A DNA stretch of 64,000 nt. Origin: Ophelia neglecta (lineage: Eukaryota). The notes beneath the pieces are model-generated. The model did no database searches and had not been told where the DNA came from. It saw only the letters and a program-made list of their open reading frames with translations. Position numbers and translations under genes: made by a program. Location of the stretch: assembly GCA_965285935.1 (NCBI GenBank), contig OZ260665.1, forward strand, positions 21,328,001 to 21,392,000, given 5' to 3'. Below are positions 62,151-64,000 of this stretch, piece after piece (the stretch's first letter is position 1; each line of letters begins with the position of its first letter).

Positions 62151-64000
62151 ACTTAAAATAGTACAGGAGCTACCTGTCTCTTATGCCTAGCATGTATTCG
62201 TACGCAATCAGTCGTGTTTAAACCAAATGACAATCAAAAGGCACAAAAGTTTTTAAATATTAAGCCACAAACATTTTATTTTCCCTATTCATTTATATCA
62301 ATTATTATTCTAATCGATAAGTGACCTTATCCATCCCAAATGCAAATGTTTCAACTTTCCTAATACCCAACTTAGGACAAATGAATGCGGAACCAAACGG
62401 TGTCATAGCCAGTAAACACGGAATGAATTTATGTAGCACAGGTCTATGCTGCAAACCAGCGGCCTGTGTGATGAAGAGTAAATTCCCCGCCGTTTGCTTG
62501 GTATCCAATTGCTTTCCATCCATTTTATCATTGTGGAGCAGCTTCATGATTATCTGCTTAATGGATTTGACATTATACCGGTTTTACACTGTCATGATAC
62601 ACAGTAGAATTCAGTTAATTTCGTTTACCACCTTGCACTTAACCTTATTAAGCCTTTTGGGGATTGCTCGAATAAGTGCTATTTGAGGCAGCTGTCAATG
62701 GCTGTTTTAAGACAAGTATGATGTACATAGGAAGAAATAACATTTTTCTATGAATTGTCGTAAGATGTAGGACGAATTGGAGATTTATTCTGGGACATTT
62801 CAGAAACCAGTCCAACTTCACAGAGAATGTAACACAAAATACTATTAAAACCAGGTCCGATAAGCGGCAATATCCAACTCAGCACATATGAAGCGCGTTC
62901 CAATTCTCTGATAGAATTTGAAATATAGCAATAGTCAAGATCAAGATTGTGCCTTGATTGAATACATTGCGTTGTTATGGACCATTTTAGTTAAACATAA
63001 CTTAAAATCGATGGATTCCAATTATTCACGGTTTGAGGTATAGCTGTTGTTAATGAAACCGCGAGTGATAGTTCTGGATGAGGAACCCATCTCTCACCAC
63101 CTTTTGTGACATCCATGCTCCCCGGGGTGTGTACGTCATTAAACACATCAATATCCTACCGGAGCTAATTGCTTAGTACGGAACTTCAAACCGAATTTCT
63201 TAACTGCATATATAACCTGAATTCATATTGATAAACTCACTAAATAATTATCACAGGCCAAAAGCGTCGAAAGCTATAATATAGAAAGAAATGGCAAATG
63301 TATTTTTTCTGATTTAAGTCTAAGGTAAACTTCTTTGCCTTGAGAAATTTGAAAGAAACTATAGTCAGTCTGTACCTTCTGGTTGGTGGTAGGCATGATT
63401 TTTTTATTTCATTCATTGAGCAAATCTTGTTATGTGGTAATCTAATATCTCAACAAATGAAGAGCTTGTCATAAAATCTCGTACCGATAAAATATATAGC
63501 AAAATTGAATGTATAATAGTCGTAGCTAAATATCATGTACAAAAAGGAACTTGTTTTCAAAGAGTCCCCTTCAACCTAAACAAAATATAAAAAGAATGAT
63601 GCGTATTGGCCAGTCTATTATTTGAAGTCTACTAAAGCGTCTGATACGGGGATGTGTGCGATGTGCCGTTTACTTACCACTGCTGAGCTCGTGTGCACTA
63701 GGGTCGCTGTGAGATATTGCTTAGCATTTAGGTTTAATACAGGGGACCGCAATTGAATTATATCCTCCTAGCGGCTGCTTTTGTCTTAGCTCGGAATGGC
63801 TCGATTCGGGATCCCAATTATATTTGTTAGCCGGTTTCTGGGCAATTCAAAATGTGTTTTATAATATTTTGCTTGCCAGTTAAATCCGAATACTCCGTGT
63901 TCCTTTGGAATTAAAACCCGGATCATGTCCCGCTTAAATGTACCTTCTGCCTGCTAAAGTGCTCCTGGTCTTATATGGACTGAGTAATAGAATTGGTGCC

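Overview
AT-rich metazoan (probably invertebrate) genomic DNA with GT-AG introns; I found no prokaryotic-type features (CRISPR, rRNA, tRNA, operons). (1) 196-3091 (+): the last seven exons of a group II PLP-dependent aromatic-amino-acid decarboxylase (DDC/AADC-like) gene, mostly missed by the ORF track. Its exon sizes mirror vertebrate DDC, but the active-site motifs are remodelled and an in-frame stop precedes the final helix. (2) Two paralogous minus-strand genes with single coding exons, 44 kb apart (9067-10602 and 52894-54621). They encode largely disordered proteins with an N-terminal coiled coil resembling the PRR16 (Largen)/INSYN1 (DUF4589) family. Copy 1 has a stop at ancestral codon 10, copy 2 has an expanded 15-aa SPxR repeat, and both 3' regions carry repeats of the gene's own stop-codon motif. 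(3) The rest is intron/intergenic DNA with two TA-flanked MITEs, an old dispersed repeat family (at least 5 copies), several minisatellites, a perfect 28-bp palindrome and a possible decayed hAT fragment. Almost all other listed ORFs look spurious. All homology calls come from manual translation and remembered sequences, not database searches.
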